This document shows positions 52,444 to 64,000 of a stretch of DNA of 64,000 bases, in pieces; positions within the stretch are counted from its first letter, which is position 1, and every line of letters starts with the position of its first letter. A program made the translations under genes and the position numbers. This stretch comes from Phoronis australis (taxonomy: Eukaryota; Animalia; Phoronida), in contig NMRA01000310.1 in assembly GCA_002633005.1 (NCBI GenBank), positions 376,624 through 440,623 on the forward strand, read 5' to 3'. A model generated the notes under the pieces. The model saw nothing but the letters and a program-made list of their open reading frames with translations, was not told where the DNA came from and ran no database searches.

Positions 52444-55400
52444 AACGTTCGAAATTATTTTGATGCAAAATAAGTGAAGAGTCATTGTATCAGAATTTCT
52501 TACTTTTAACATGGATTTGAATTCATGCTTGATATCAGCCTCCCAAATTAAGCTAGTTATAAGTTATATTTAAGATGGACATGCAGCTTAAAGGTTATGC
52601 AAGTTTCCTGCAACTCGGCTACAAACATTGCTGCAAGCTCACTGCATGTTTGCCGCAAACATGCAGCATACTTTACCATGCAAATGAAGTTTCCACAAGC
52701 TTGCTGTAAACATCTCCATGTCCTTATATGGAACAGTTCCTGCAAACCAGCTGCACACATTGCTGCAAGCTTGCCGGAAACATCTTGATGGGGTTATATA
52801 GAAGTTTCTGGGAGCCACTTGAAAAAAGTATTGTTGCAAGCCTACAATATACTTGGATTGTGGCTTGAATAATTCAAAACAGAAATGTCCTTGACCAATA
52901 CATAATTTTTATTTCATGCTCGCTTGTTATACCTTTGGCGGACGAAGTGGTGGCGGTAGGAGGGGGTGGTAGTTTGCCGAAATTGAATTGGTTTGTGCTC
53001 CCCCAATTATTTTTGCCTTCCTACGGACCTGATTAAGTTTATTGGAGTCTTTCCGCAAAAAATTTTTAACCTAAAGTTTCCTGCATTTTTCCTACAAAAA
53101 CTTTTTCATCTATAAGTTTCCTGCTAACACTTTTTCATCAATGAAGTTCAGTTCCTGCAAACACTTTTTCATTGATTAAGTTTGCGGCAGCCTTTCCGCA
53201 AGCACCAAATTTGCCGCAACTTTCCTGCAAACTTCAGTGTTTGCCGCAAGCTTGCGGCATGCTTGCTGCAAACATGGTCTTTTGGTATAAGAGTGGAACT
53301 ACAAGGGGCCAAACACTACTTCATGTGTATCTTAACACGCATACCAGTCTTTAAATCGTGCGTTCTAGTGTTGCTTTTTAAAAGCATTGCTAAAATTGTC
53401 TGGATTGTCGTATGCATCCAGAATAACAGAAATCCATTCGAGGGCTTTAAATTTTAACGACTCTTTAACAGAGCGACGAGCGTTTACACCTCAGGAAAAT
53501 TTGTTGCAATGAAACAAACATCAGGGTGAAAAGGTTTCTTCATTTTTCCGTTGTACTTGGTAATGAAACAATGTGCCAGTAACACCACCAACATGTAAAT
53601 AAATTATTTATTAATAATCAAAATTTGTATAATACAATAACCATGTATGTAAAAGACATTGTCAACAAATTGACCTCACCCTCACAAAAAAACAGTTATA
53701 ATTTTAAAGTCAAATACAATATATTAACATAATTACAGAAAATAAATAAACTAAAAATAGTACACAACTGAATCCCAGGTGATTAACAGGAACTGAGAAA
53801 AATGTAAGGAGGACAAAGACTTGACAAGATTGAACTTACAATGTCACATCAGACAGAGATAACTTATTAATAACTTAATGCAAAATTTATTTTAAGAATA
53901 CATGTAGTAACTTTTAATCACCTAATTTTTAAGAACTAAATGTAATGCTCACAAAAAGTTTGAGTTAATAACCTTCACAAATAAAAAATCAAAGGTGAAA
54001 ATTTTTATCAACAGGCCACCAATCAGCATACCTGTTGTATCCTGATTCAGTACACACTATGAGTCAACCAAGAATCCACACAGTACACCCAATACCTTGC
54101 AAACCAATACAAAACAGAAATCATCACTCTGCTTATGAGGCGCTTTTCAAAGACCGAATTTTTTACGTCAAACTTGTATTTTTGGATACTTCTACATCTG
54201 GTGGTGGTGGAATGCCAGCAGGAGATAAAGCCATGGTCAAGAATGAAAGCCATAGCTGGTTATTACTTCCATCTTGTCGGCATAGCAACTGAGTCGGGAA
54301 AAGTCNAACGTTCGCAATTATTTTAATGCAAAATAAGTGAAGAGTCATTGTATCAGAATTTCTTACTTTTAACATGGATTTGAATTCATGCTTGATATCA
54401 GCCTCTCAAATTAAGCTAGTTATAAGTTATATTTAAGATGGACATGCAGCTTAAAGGTTATGCAAGTTTCCTGCAACTCGGCTACTAACATTGCTGCAAG
54501 CTCACTGCATGTTTGCCGCAAACATGCAGCATACTTTTACCATGCAAATGAAGTTTCCATAAGCTTGCTGCAAACATCTCCATGTCCTTATATGGAACAG
54601 TTCCTGCAAACCAGCTGCACACATTGCTGCAAGCTTACAGCAAACATCTTCATGGGGCTATGTAGAAGTTTCTGTGAGCCACCTGAAAAAATATATTGTT
54701 GCAAGCCTACAAGATACTTGAATTGTGGCATGAATAATTCAAAACAGAAATGTCCTTGACCAATACATAATTTTTATTGCAAGCTTGCTTGTTAAAACAA
54801 GAAAATTCAGATTCAGCTGCATATTGGATTTAACATGATAGTTTTCAATCTGATAATGTATAATGACTAAATGAAACCAACATCACATGACAATGAACAA
54901 CAAACTATAAAGGTGTCTACAGTGGCAATGAATAAATAATACTCGTATTACAATCAAAATTGTGTCTAAAGAAAGCAAATTAAATGTCTGCAAGCATTAA
55001 GTACAATACAGCGAGATGTGTTATTCTAAACACCTGACAATAGCCTATGGTAATTGTAACGAAGATATTCCTTACATGACTAAAAGCAAAACTAACAACG
55101 ATAACACAAAGCGTTGAAATGCGCCCACGGCTGCGCCGCCAATGGCATGTTTTTAGGGGTGTTTATTAGCATTGAAAATGGCGCACAATATGTAAAATGC
55201 CAGTAGAGAAAACCAGTCAGACCCCTCCTCTGTGGAAAGGCATATTTAACTCGGCGTGTATAGCATATTTAGGTATTTTATTTTAAATTACCCCATCACT
55301 TGTCAACTGACAAAAATTGCTCTTAACAGTTATAAACCTATTATTTTTTCCCTTGTTCATCTAAAATACATGAAAACTGTCTAATACTATATTGATTACT

Positions 55401-58203
55401 ATTTTTGCTTCCCAATATGGTTTCATAAAACATCAGTCCACTGAATAGGCTATTATTGAACTTGCAGTGGTGGATTTAGAGGGGGGCCATGGCCCCCCTA
55501 AAATTCTCCCAGATTCCATTTGGTAATACGAGGGTGCGAATGTCTGTCGGGCAAAATCCTGGCTAATACTCTGCCATGTGTTGTTGGAACTTCATTAAAT
55601 ATTGTTTCTTTTAAGCTAGATTTTTTTTCTACTGAATTGTCTGATTAAAGTCACGTCGTGATAGTTATAGGTATCTCTGAAATGAGCAAGAATACACCTC
55701 AATACTAATGGTTACCCATCTAAAATCTGCAAGCATGCCTGCGAAATTGCTTATAACATTCCGTTTTGAGAAACAAATTCGTTGGTTTGATTAAATGTTT
55801 ATGTTTAGACAAATTCATACATCATTTTTGCCAATTAAAAACTAATCTTGTAAGAAATGACAATGTTTCAGTGAATTCCGTTGTAGCTTGGTTGGAAAAA
55901 CTATTAAATCCGATCCCCAAATAGTGAAGTACACTGTCTTATAGACGATTTTTGCCTTTATTTAAAATAACTCTCAAAGACAGGAATTAAATCATTAAAT
56001 CAAGGTAAACGCATTGCTCATGGAATCGATTGTTCATTTCTGATTAAACTGATAGAGGATTTATAAGCTAATCTTGTAAGAACTGGCGATGCTTCACTGG
56101 ACTTAGTTGCAAGTTGACATTGAGAAATTTCGATATGTCATCAGATCTCCAAATAGCAAAGTACACTAAACGATTTTTGTCTATCTGAAATAAGTCTCAT
56201 TGACAAGAATTCTGATAAATGTCGGACAGCTCTACAAAGGGTACCAAAATGTTCTCACAATAAATTTTTACTAACTTAGGGTCTAGATTCGTGGTTAAAC
56301 TCCACAAACCGTAGATCGAAAAAGAAAATTAATTCCTTAAATAAATAAAACTAAACTCATCTCTTGTTAACTTGAAAAGGTTGTCTTTGCACTTCCTGAG
56401 TGATCCACAGGAACTGAATTTGAACTCCAAGTGTTGAAGTGTGTGCATTTCTGGACACACTCTGTATCATTTTCCCCAGCCGCCAGAAATTAGGCAAGCG
56501 GCCGTGTTTCATCAAGGGATTTTAAAGCAGCCCCACGGGACTTCACCTTTTCAAAAATTCCTTCAAAGAATAACTACAATAAAACGAACTTTTCCCAAAA
56601 CTGGATCATAATAAAATCAATCTTGACCTTAAAGCCAACGCAGACTTATAGGTACGAGCTAAGCTGCCTTTCTCAAGTTAATCATAGCTGAGCTTTAGTT
56701 CACTGCAATTTGGTATTTTCACACTTAGGTCTGAGCTACAGTTACTTGAGGCATCTCCCAGCAACCCGTCACGTGCACTGGCCCTTTCTTACTCTAGGTA
56801 AAACTTTGTTGGTTCACAGGTTACTCAAATCCTGACAGTTGCATTGCCGAGATTGTCCCGCCTATACCTTTGGGGGGGGGGGGTACTTTGCCGAAGTTGA
56901 ATTGGTTTGTGCTCCCCCAATTATTTTTGCCTTCCTACGGGTGTGATTAAGTTTATTGTAGTCTTTCCGCAAAAATTTTTTACCTGAAGTTTCCTGCATT
57001 TTTCATCTACAAGTTTGCTGCTAACACTTTTTCATCAATAAAGTTCAGTTCCTGCAAACACTTTTTCATCGATTAAGTTTGCGGCAGCCTTTCCGCAAGC
57101 ACTTTTTAAATCACCCAGTTTGCCGCAACTTTCCTGCAAACTTCAGTGTTTGCCGCAAGCTTGCTGCAAACATGGTCTTTTGGTATGGGAGTGGCATTAC
57201 ATGGGGCAAAACACTACTTCATGTGTATCTTAAAACGCATACCAGTCTTTAAATCGTGCCTTCAAGTGTTGCTTTTTAAAAGCATTGCTAAAATTGTCTG
57301 GATAGTCGGATGCATCCAGAATAACAGAAATCCATTCGAGGGCTTTAAATTTTAACGACTCTTTAACGGAGCGACGAGCGTTTACACCTCAGGAAAATTT
57401 GTTGGAATGAAACAAACATCAGGGTGAAAAGGTTTCTTCATTTTTCCGTTGTACTTGGTAATGAAACAATGTGCCAGTAACACCACCAACATGTAAATAA
57501 ATTATTTATTAATAATCAAAATTTGTATAATACAATAACCATGTATGTAAAAGACATTGTCAACAAATTGACCTCACCCTCACAAAAAAACAGTTATAAT
57601 TTTAAAGTCAAATACAATATATTAACATAATTACAGAAAATAAATAAACTAAAAATAGTACACAACTGAATCCCAGGTGATTAACAGGAACTGAGAAAAA
57701 TGTAAGGAGGACAAAGACTTGACAAGATTGAACTTACAATGTCACATCAGACAGAGATAACTTATTAATAACTTAATGCAAAATTTATTTTAAGAATACA
57801 TGTAGTAACTTTTAATCACCTAATTTTTAAGAACTAAATGTAATGCTCACAAAAAGTTTGAGTTAATAACCTTCACAAATAAAAAATCAAAGGTGAAAAT
57901 TTTTATCAACAGGCCACCAATCAGCATACCTGTTGTATCCTGATTCAGTACACACTATGAGTCAACCAAGAATCCACACAGTACACCCAATACCTTGCAA
58001 ACCAATACAAAACAGAAATCATCACTCTGCTTATGAGGCGCTTTTCAAAGACCGAATTTTTTACGTCAAACTTGTATTTTTGGATACTTCTACATCTGGT
58101 GGTGGTGGAATGCCAGCAGGAGATAAAGCCATGGTCAAGAATGAAAGCCATAGCTGGTTATTACTTCCATCTTGTCGGCATAGCAACTGAGTCGGGAAAA
58201 GTC
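52444..58203. other. Duplication around single N at 54306 (52444-54305 / 54307-58203), likely two haplotypes
   Basis: Both copies start aacgttcg and end gagtcgggaaaagtc; the second has ~2.07 kb of extra sequence. Confidence 0.8.
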
Positions 58204-59632
58204 GCCCTAGACCAAGTTACACAGCCTTGACAAGGGGGAGAAGTTGTCTCACACGTTAGTTGCCCCAGCTCAAATACCATGGACATTACTACTAAGCCTA
58301 ACGAAAATTCGTTCCAGGAGTAATTTGTTTTTGGGGTGACTTGTTCCAGGGGCAATTCATAGTGTGGACTAACTCGTAGTGTGGACGGGTGATAACTCAT
58401 AGCATGGACGGTACTGTAGATACTGCTCTTAACAACATTTATCGTGACTGCAATCACAACCATTAAACTGCATACCCTGCCCCGAATTTTAAAAACTCAC
58501 TTTCAAACACCCCATGTTCAGTTACGCTCGGCTTAAAGTCCCTCCGTTTTTCAAATCAATTCTCAGTTTAAATCCCCCAGGTAAAAATTCTTCAATTTGT
58601 GCCAAAAACGATAACTAAGATTGCCATATTTCTATATTTCAGAGGCTTAACACATTGTTGCAAATGCTCAAAGTTTTACCAAATCTTGATTGGAAATACC
58701 AAAGCTTTACAACCCATGCTAAAAGCAAAGTAAACTTTCTTGAAAAATTATTTTTGTTGAGAAATTTGACAAAACGAAATTTCACTTGTCTGTCATATTC
58801 TGTCCCAAACTGAAAAATTTTTATTGTACCCAGAATGGAATCACCTCCAACGCGTGTATTTTTTAACAATAATCCCAAAGTTAAAATGAAATCCCGCAAC
58901 CACAACAAAGGGAAGTTTAGCTATCGTAATTTGCAGCACTGTAAGTACATTGTAAAGAAATCGACAAAACAAAGGCCCTGCAAAAGGATTATGCTCAACC
59001 ACTAGATGTCGCTGCTGCAGAGGTCATGTCACTCATCAGACAATGATTTATCAACCCTTAAGTGTGAAGTAAAATGGCCTATTGCAACCATGAATACAAC
59101 CCTCTGGCACTTTGCACACACAATGAGTAATGGTATTCATATTCATTTCTTGCAAAAGTTTTTAAAAGAGACAGTTTCCAAAGAATAAAATAAATTACAG
59201 ACCAATAATCATGCCCAGCAACCTTTTGACCAGGTAATAATTAAGTAAGTCTAATTCGATGTAATATATGACTGAAGACGCAATCTGAGATAAAGAAATG
59301 ACTCTGAGATAAAGAAATGACTCAAAAATGCTTAACATTACACTGTCTATCCCAATGGAAAGCAACAAAGATTTTGCCTGGAATAAGATTTTATAACTCA
59401 CCAAAAAACTTATTTTGACATTCCGGTGCATTTTGGACCAGCACCACAAGTCAGATAAAGCACAATGACATGCCTCAAACTACTTTAATGTAACGAACCT
59501 TTGTCTCAAATTGAAAATATCAATTTCCGTTTCCCATAATAAAACTAAATTAAAGCATCAATGAAATATTAAATAACCAAGAGTTATCAAAACAATATGA
59601 CAAACATCGCCCCCTATCATCAGCACTGTGTA

Positions 59633-59762
59633 CTAGGGGTCCCCGGTGAATGTAGGCAGAGATGTGTAAGAGTGAGATTTCTCTTCCTCCTTTACCAGGG
59701 TGACGGTCATCTCCTGGTCTTCGCCAGTCACTGCGCGTGCCTTCATGGTATCAAGGTCAGCT
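59633..59762 (-). CDS. CACFD1: Calcium channel flower homolog, terminal exon
   Basis: gtttcag acceptor, phase 2 join gives GKK-ADLDTMKARA...PTFTGDP*, similar to fly 'GKKASAEDMRAAA'. Confidence 0.82.
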
Positions 59763-60690
59763 CTGAAACAACAAAAATGCATGCAGTGCGACACCTGAGG
59801 CCTGTTATGTAATGCACAATACTTGTGAGTGAAAGCCATGATTGAGACGATGTGTTCTGCTCGAAATGCATGCTGACATCTAACCAAGACTTCTGTGATT
59901 TCGGCAAAAAAATAGCCTCAAGCAACACAGCATTGATAACAAGGCAAATCTCTCAGTGGTATCTATAGCTAGGTCCCACTAAGTAGCCTCGTGCAAAACA
60001 TGAGGGACAATTTTTTCCAAATAATTTTGGGTGTGTGAAATGACGTGATTGCACAAAATAACAGGAGCATTACTGTAGTATGCCATGACTTTTCCATATT
60101 TTGTTGACGCAAGCGAGCAGTCTTCCCAGTCGCTCCATTTCTACTAACCCTAAATTAGTGACCCGGCTGTTAGACCGATGTCTGTTATGTTGCCATGTAG
60201 AACAGGCATCAACTTTAGCTAGACGAAAACATGAATTCTGACAACATCTTAAGGCAGACTCCCGTCTTAACCAATACCAAAAGCTTCATAAGCCAAACGT
60301 CTGAATCAGAGTATGACAAGATTAGGGATGCATTCCATAAACACAAAAAATTCGCAAAAATACAAGAACACGCGAGACTTCGCGAGATAGAGCCACGCAT
60401 AATAAGAGAAGCATCCAAGTATACAAAGTTTAATTTCAAAATTCTTGTGCCTATGAAAAGTGACTTAAGGCACACAACTATAATGAAAAATAATTAAATC
60501 TCACTTGCACACATAATTGGTAGCTATTGAAATATTTTTTATGAATTATTTCTACTAATAACTGTGATGCTCTCATTATGTGGCTATAAACGCTTTTCAG
60601 CAATTGGTAAACGGAAGCGTAAGACCAAATTTCTGTCTGAAGTCTTCAGTCGCTTCTCATGAAACAAACCCCAAGCCAACAGTACTCGGC

Positions 60691-61240
60691 CACAGGCGTC
60701 CTCGGCTTCTGATCGTCCCCAATACACTATATATAATACTACAAGGAATTCCAAAGCACAAAACTGTTCCCAAGAACCCCATGCATCAGTCCTCCTTTGA
60801 TGGTTCGAGGTCAAGAACTGTACGGCAATTGCCGATTTGTCACGGAGTGTCACGATATCGTAAACTCCACACTTAGCTAGACCATTTCGTAACCTTCTGT
60901 GATGAACCGACAATTGCCGTCCATCCGTAACTCATCAGATAATTCTGTACCGTCCTTTACCTCGAACCGTCAAAGGAGGATTCATGCATGGGGTTTTTGG
61001 GAACATTTTGTGCTTTGAATTTGTTGCGATGTCACCGAAGAAGGACACCGTGAATAGTATTGGAAGAAAGAACAATTACTAATGGTTTGTTGAAACCCTG
61101 TTTTGTGTAGATTTATTGAGTTTTGTGTTTGATATGGACGGCTGAAGTGAAGCACCCATGGAATTCCTTGTCCCAAGTGCCATACCTAGTAGTATTATAA
61201 AAAGTGTATTGGGGACGATCAGAAGCTGAGGACGCCTGTG
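60691..61240. mobile_element. Foldback element in the last flower intron
   Basis: 60691-~60825 pairs with ~60945-61020 plus 61160-61240 (cacaggcgtcctc.gcttctgatcgtccccaatacact). Confidence 0.75.
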
Positions 61241-61259
61241 TACTCAGCAATGAACTTAC

Positions 61260-61367
61260 TTCTTGCCCAGTGCCATCAAACCATAGAGGGCGCCAGTTAC
61301 AAATATAGATCCACATCCGACAAAGGTCGATACCTCAATACATATCGCCACAGGCAATACGGGAAAA
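61260..61367 (-). CDS. CACFD1: Calcium channel flower homolog, penultimate exon
   Basis: cttcag/gtaagt; FPVLPVAICIEVSTFVGCGSIFVTGALYGLMALGK matches flower 'F(A/G)TGV(L/V)YG(L/M)xALGKK'. Confidence 0.9.
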
Positions 61368-61392
61368 CTGAAGAAAGATTTAAGAGTATGAG

Positions 61393-61449
61393 CAATACAA
61401 TACAATACAATATACAATATGATATAATATACAATACAATACAATACAA
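61393..61449. repeat. (CAATA)n microsatellite
   Basis: Direct reading. Confidence 0.85.
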
Positions 61450-61760
61450 CAAAAAAAACCTTTTAGTCTATTTTAAGAACATAACAACAATAGCCAAGGA
61501 AAAATCCTGCATACAACTAATTACAATACAAAATGACCAAAAACATATTGAGCAAAAACAGAAACGCAGGAACACAGTGAAGTATAGAAAAATCTAACAA
61601 ATCACAACTACAATTTTCTGGAGATTACGATTGTAGAAACTTGTTAGAAGGGCAATCGTCACGGTTTTCAAAAGTAGCCAATAGTGAGAACAAAGGGTTG
61701 TACCGTAATTAGAAAAACTCTTCATTCCATACGTCTTATTTATACAGTGACACAGAAGTT

Positions 61761-61837
61761 AGTTACAGCACTGTCTGAGGTTATATAGTTACAGCACTGT
61801 CTGAGGTTATATAGTTACAGCACTGTCTGAGGTTATA
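61761..61837. repeat. Tandem repeat 3 x 26 bp
   Basis: agttacagcactgtctgaggttatat. Confidence 0.9.
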
Positions 61838-62174
61838 ATGAACACGTCTGATCTGTAACATGCAGTGTGAGGACAAGCCGTGAGTGGATTTTAACAACCG
61901 AATCAATATTTTGCTTTATTCTTCAATCGAATTAAAACTCCCATAACCTTCAGGCTTTAAGCTCATGGGGTTGTAATTTGGGAGCAGGTTGGTTTATACC
62001 CAGGAGGAATTGAAGCATAGTGGCACCAGGTGCATGACCCGCATATCGCGACCGTGAAACATGGTTGTTCGGGTGCCTAATTAAATGCGATTAATGCATT
62101 CTACAGGGATGTTTTCACTTACAGTAATTTTCCAAATATTTTTCCCACATGTAATATGTAAATTACGATATTTA

Positions 62175-63738
62175 CGGTAAAGTCGCGTGATTTTCGGACG
62201 GCCCGCCATTTTCGACCAAGAATAAATATTTCCGAAATGAGTTTTTCATGGTCCACGAAATTCGTACCAGGTCCAAAAACTGTTTTTCAATGATTCTTGA
62301 ATTTCGGACAATGTCATAAACGTCGGATTTTTGTCCCGCGACTTTCGGACAAGGAAAATTTTAGAAACGCTAATTTAGGATCGACGCAACTCCCGTGTTA
62401 CTAAAGCGTTCAACGGATGATTACTACTCGATAAGGCTTGAATCTGAGAATTGGGGTAACGGGCTTTGTAATTTTTACCTTGTCTTGACGATGTCATGAC
62501 CGTTACTCGATTGTCTTGCGTTTAGCTTGAGTTTGGTGCTTTAGCTATGAAAAAAGTCACCGAGTCTCGCATGACGAAAATTTCTGATGAAAATACAAAT
62601 GGGAAATACANNNNNNNNNNNNNNNNNNNNNNNNNNNNNNNNNNNNNNNNNNNNNNNNNNNNNNNNNNNNNNNNNNNNNNNNNNNNNNNNNNNNNNNNNN
62701 NNNNNNNNNNNNNNNNNNNNNNNNNNNNNNNNNNNNNNNNNNNNNNNNNNNNNNNNNNNNNNNNNNNNNNNNNNNNNNNNNNNNNNNNNNNNNNNNNNNN
62801 NNNNNNNNNNNNNNNNNNNNNNNNNNNNNNNNNNNNNNNNNNNNNNNNNNNNNNNNNNNNNNNNNNNNNNNNNNNNNNNNNNNNNNNNNNNNNNNNNNNN
62901 NNNNNNNNNNNNNNNNNNNNNNNNNNNNNNNNNNNNNNNNNNNNNNNNNNNNNNNNNNNNNNNNNNNNNNNNNNNNNNNNNNNNNNNNNNNNNNNNNNNN
63001 NNNNNNNNNNNNNNNNNNNNNNNNNNNNNNNNNNNNNNNNNNNNNNNNNNNNNNNNNNNNNNNNNNNNNNNNNNNNNNNNNNNNNNNNCGCCGAATACGC
63101 AATTCCAGCATTTTATTGGGAAACCATGCGTTCACAGCGCAAACTCGACATTTTTGTTATTGAGAAAACGCATTTTTACAAAAGAGAATCGGTTGTCTAA
63201 CGTTTCATGTGCGTCAACAACGCAAACCAGACCCACTCATTGAAAAGCCCATATTTGTCACCAGGAAGACTCTTCGCAACGCAGCCCGATATTTCAAGTG
63301 GGATAGCGCAGTTTTGAAAAGATTCCGTCACTTGCGGAGAACGGTTTTTGAGCATCGGCAATGCAAGCCGAATATTTCATATTGAGAAAGCACATCTTTG
63401 AAAAGAAGAACCAACACTTGTTGGGAACGGTCTTTGTGCGTCGACGGCGCACATTTCTTATTGGGAAAGCCAGATTTTCAAAAATTAATCGCTCAGACCA
63501 TTTGAGTCTCATTTACCTGCAATTATACTGCTATCAAATGACCGAGCCAGCATTGTTGATACTACGACCGCTCATCGAAATAATGTACACCCACGAAATT
63601 CGGACACTAGCGGAAACCCAAATTTGGAGGTCCGCCAAATTCGGACACCACAAAATGATATTTCGCGAGATTCGTCCAAGAATGAATTTTTTCTATTGGA
63701 ATTAATTTTCAGTGTCCGAAAATCACGCGACTTTACCG
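62175..63738. mobile_element. Tc1/mariner-pogo type non-autonomous element (contains N gap)
   Basis: Perfect 25-bp TIR cggtaaagtcgcgtgattttcggac, TA on both sides, subterminal ttcggac repeats. Confidence 0.88.
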
Positions 63739-64000
63739 TATAGGCTGATTATCTTACTGTAAATAATGGAAATTTTACCAAATCATGCCTGTAATAAACT
63801 ATTTTTTTGGAAAATTTGAGGAAATTAAATTTCATTTTGTCAGTCACATGAAGATTTCCCATGCCTTCCTAGTGATAGGGTGTGAGAAATCGAAAAGAGG
63901 TTAGTTTGATTAAGAGGTAACAAGGGTGGGCTTATACCAGGGCAGAGACGACACTATCTATTACTTTTAGCACAGAGATAATACAAACAATGGAAACGAG

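Noticed and set aside
54035-58230. Duplicated small ORFs suggesting a paralogous gene pair
   Set aside because: Identical only because of the haplotype duplication; the region looks like UTR/non-coding DNA
60231-60497. 88-aa ORF antisense within the flower intron
   Set aside because: No motif, no splice signals linking it to other exons

Overview
AT-rich, intron-rich animal genomic DNA (invertebrate, probably lophotrochozoan; inferred) from a gapped, partly haplotype-duplicated assembly. Four spliced genes can be assembled by hand, with GT-AG boundaries and consistent exon phases. (1) + strand, 3' part of a TBC1D2-like RabGAP fused to a JIP3/ARHGEF10-type beta-propeller that carries a large repetitive insert (10 exons, 12915-24786; 1-12914 is apparently intron). 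(2) - strand ZDHHC24-like DHHC palmitoyltransferase (2 exons, 33581-30591). (3) + strand GNL1 circularly permuted GTPase (12 exons, 33951-50413, ~575 aa), head-to-head with the DHHC gene. (4) - strand, last two exons of flower/CACFD1 (61367-59633). Introns hold many MITEs/foldbacks, tRNA-derived SINEs, and Penelope and RTE remnants. The most striking object is a miniature LTR element in GNL1 intron 1 (36564-37654). Its LTRs carry a tRNA-like Pol III promoter; it has a tRNA-Ser PBS and a PPT, sits inside a foldback element, and contains a palindromic Penelope remnant. All gene and family names come from recalled motifs, not from database searches.
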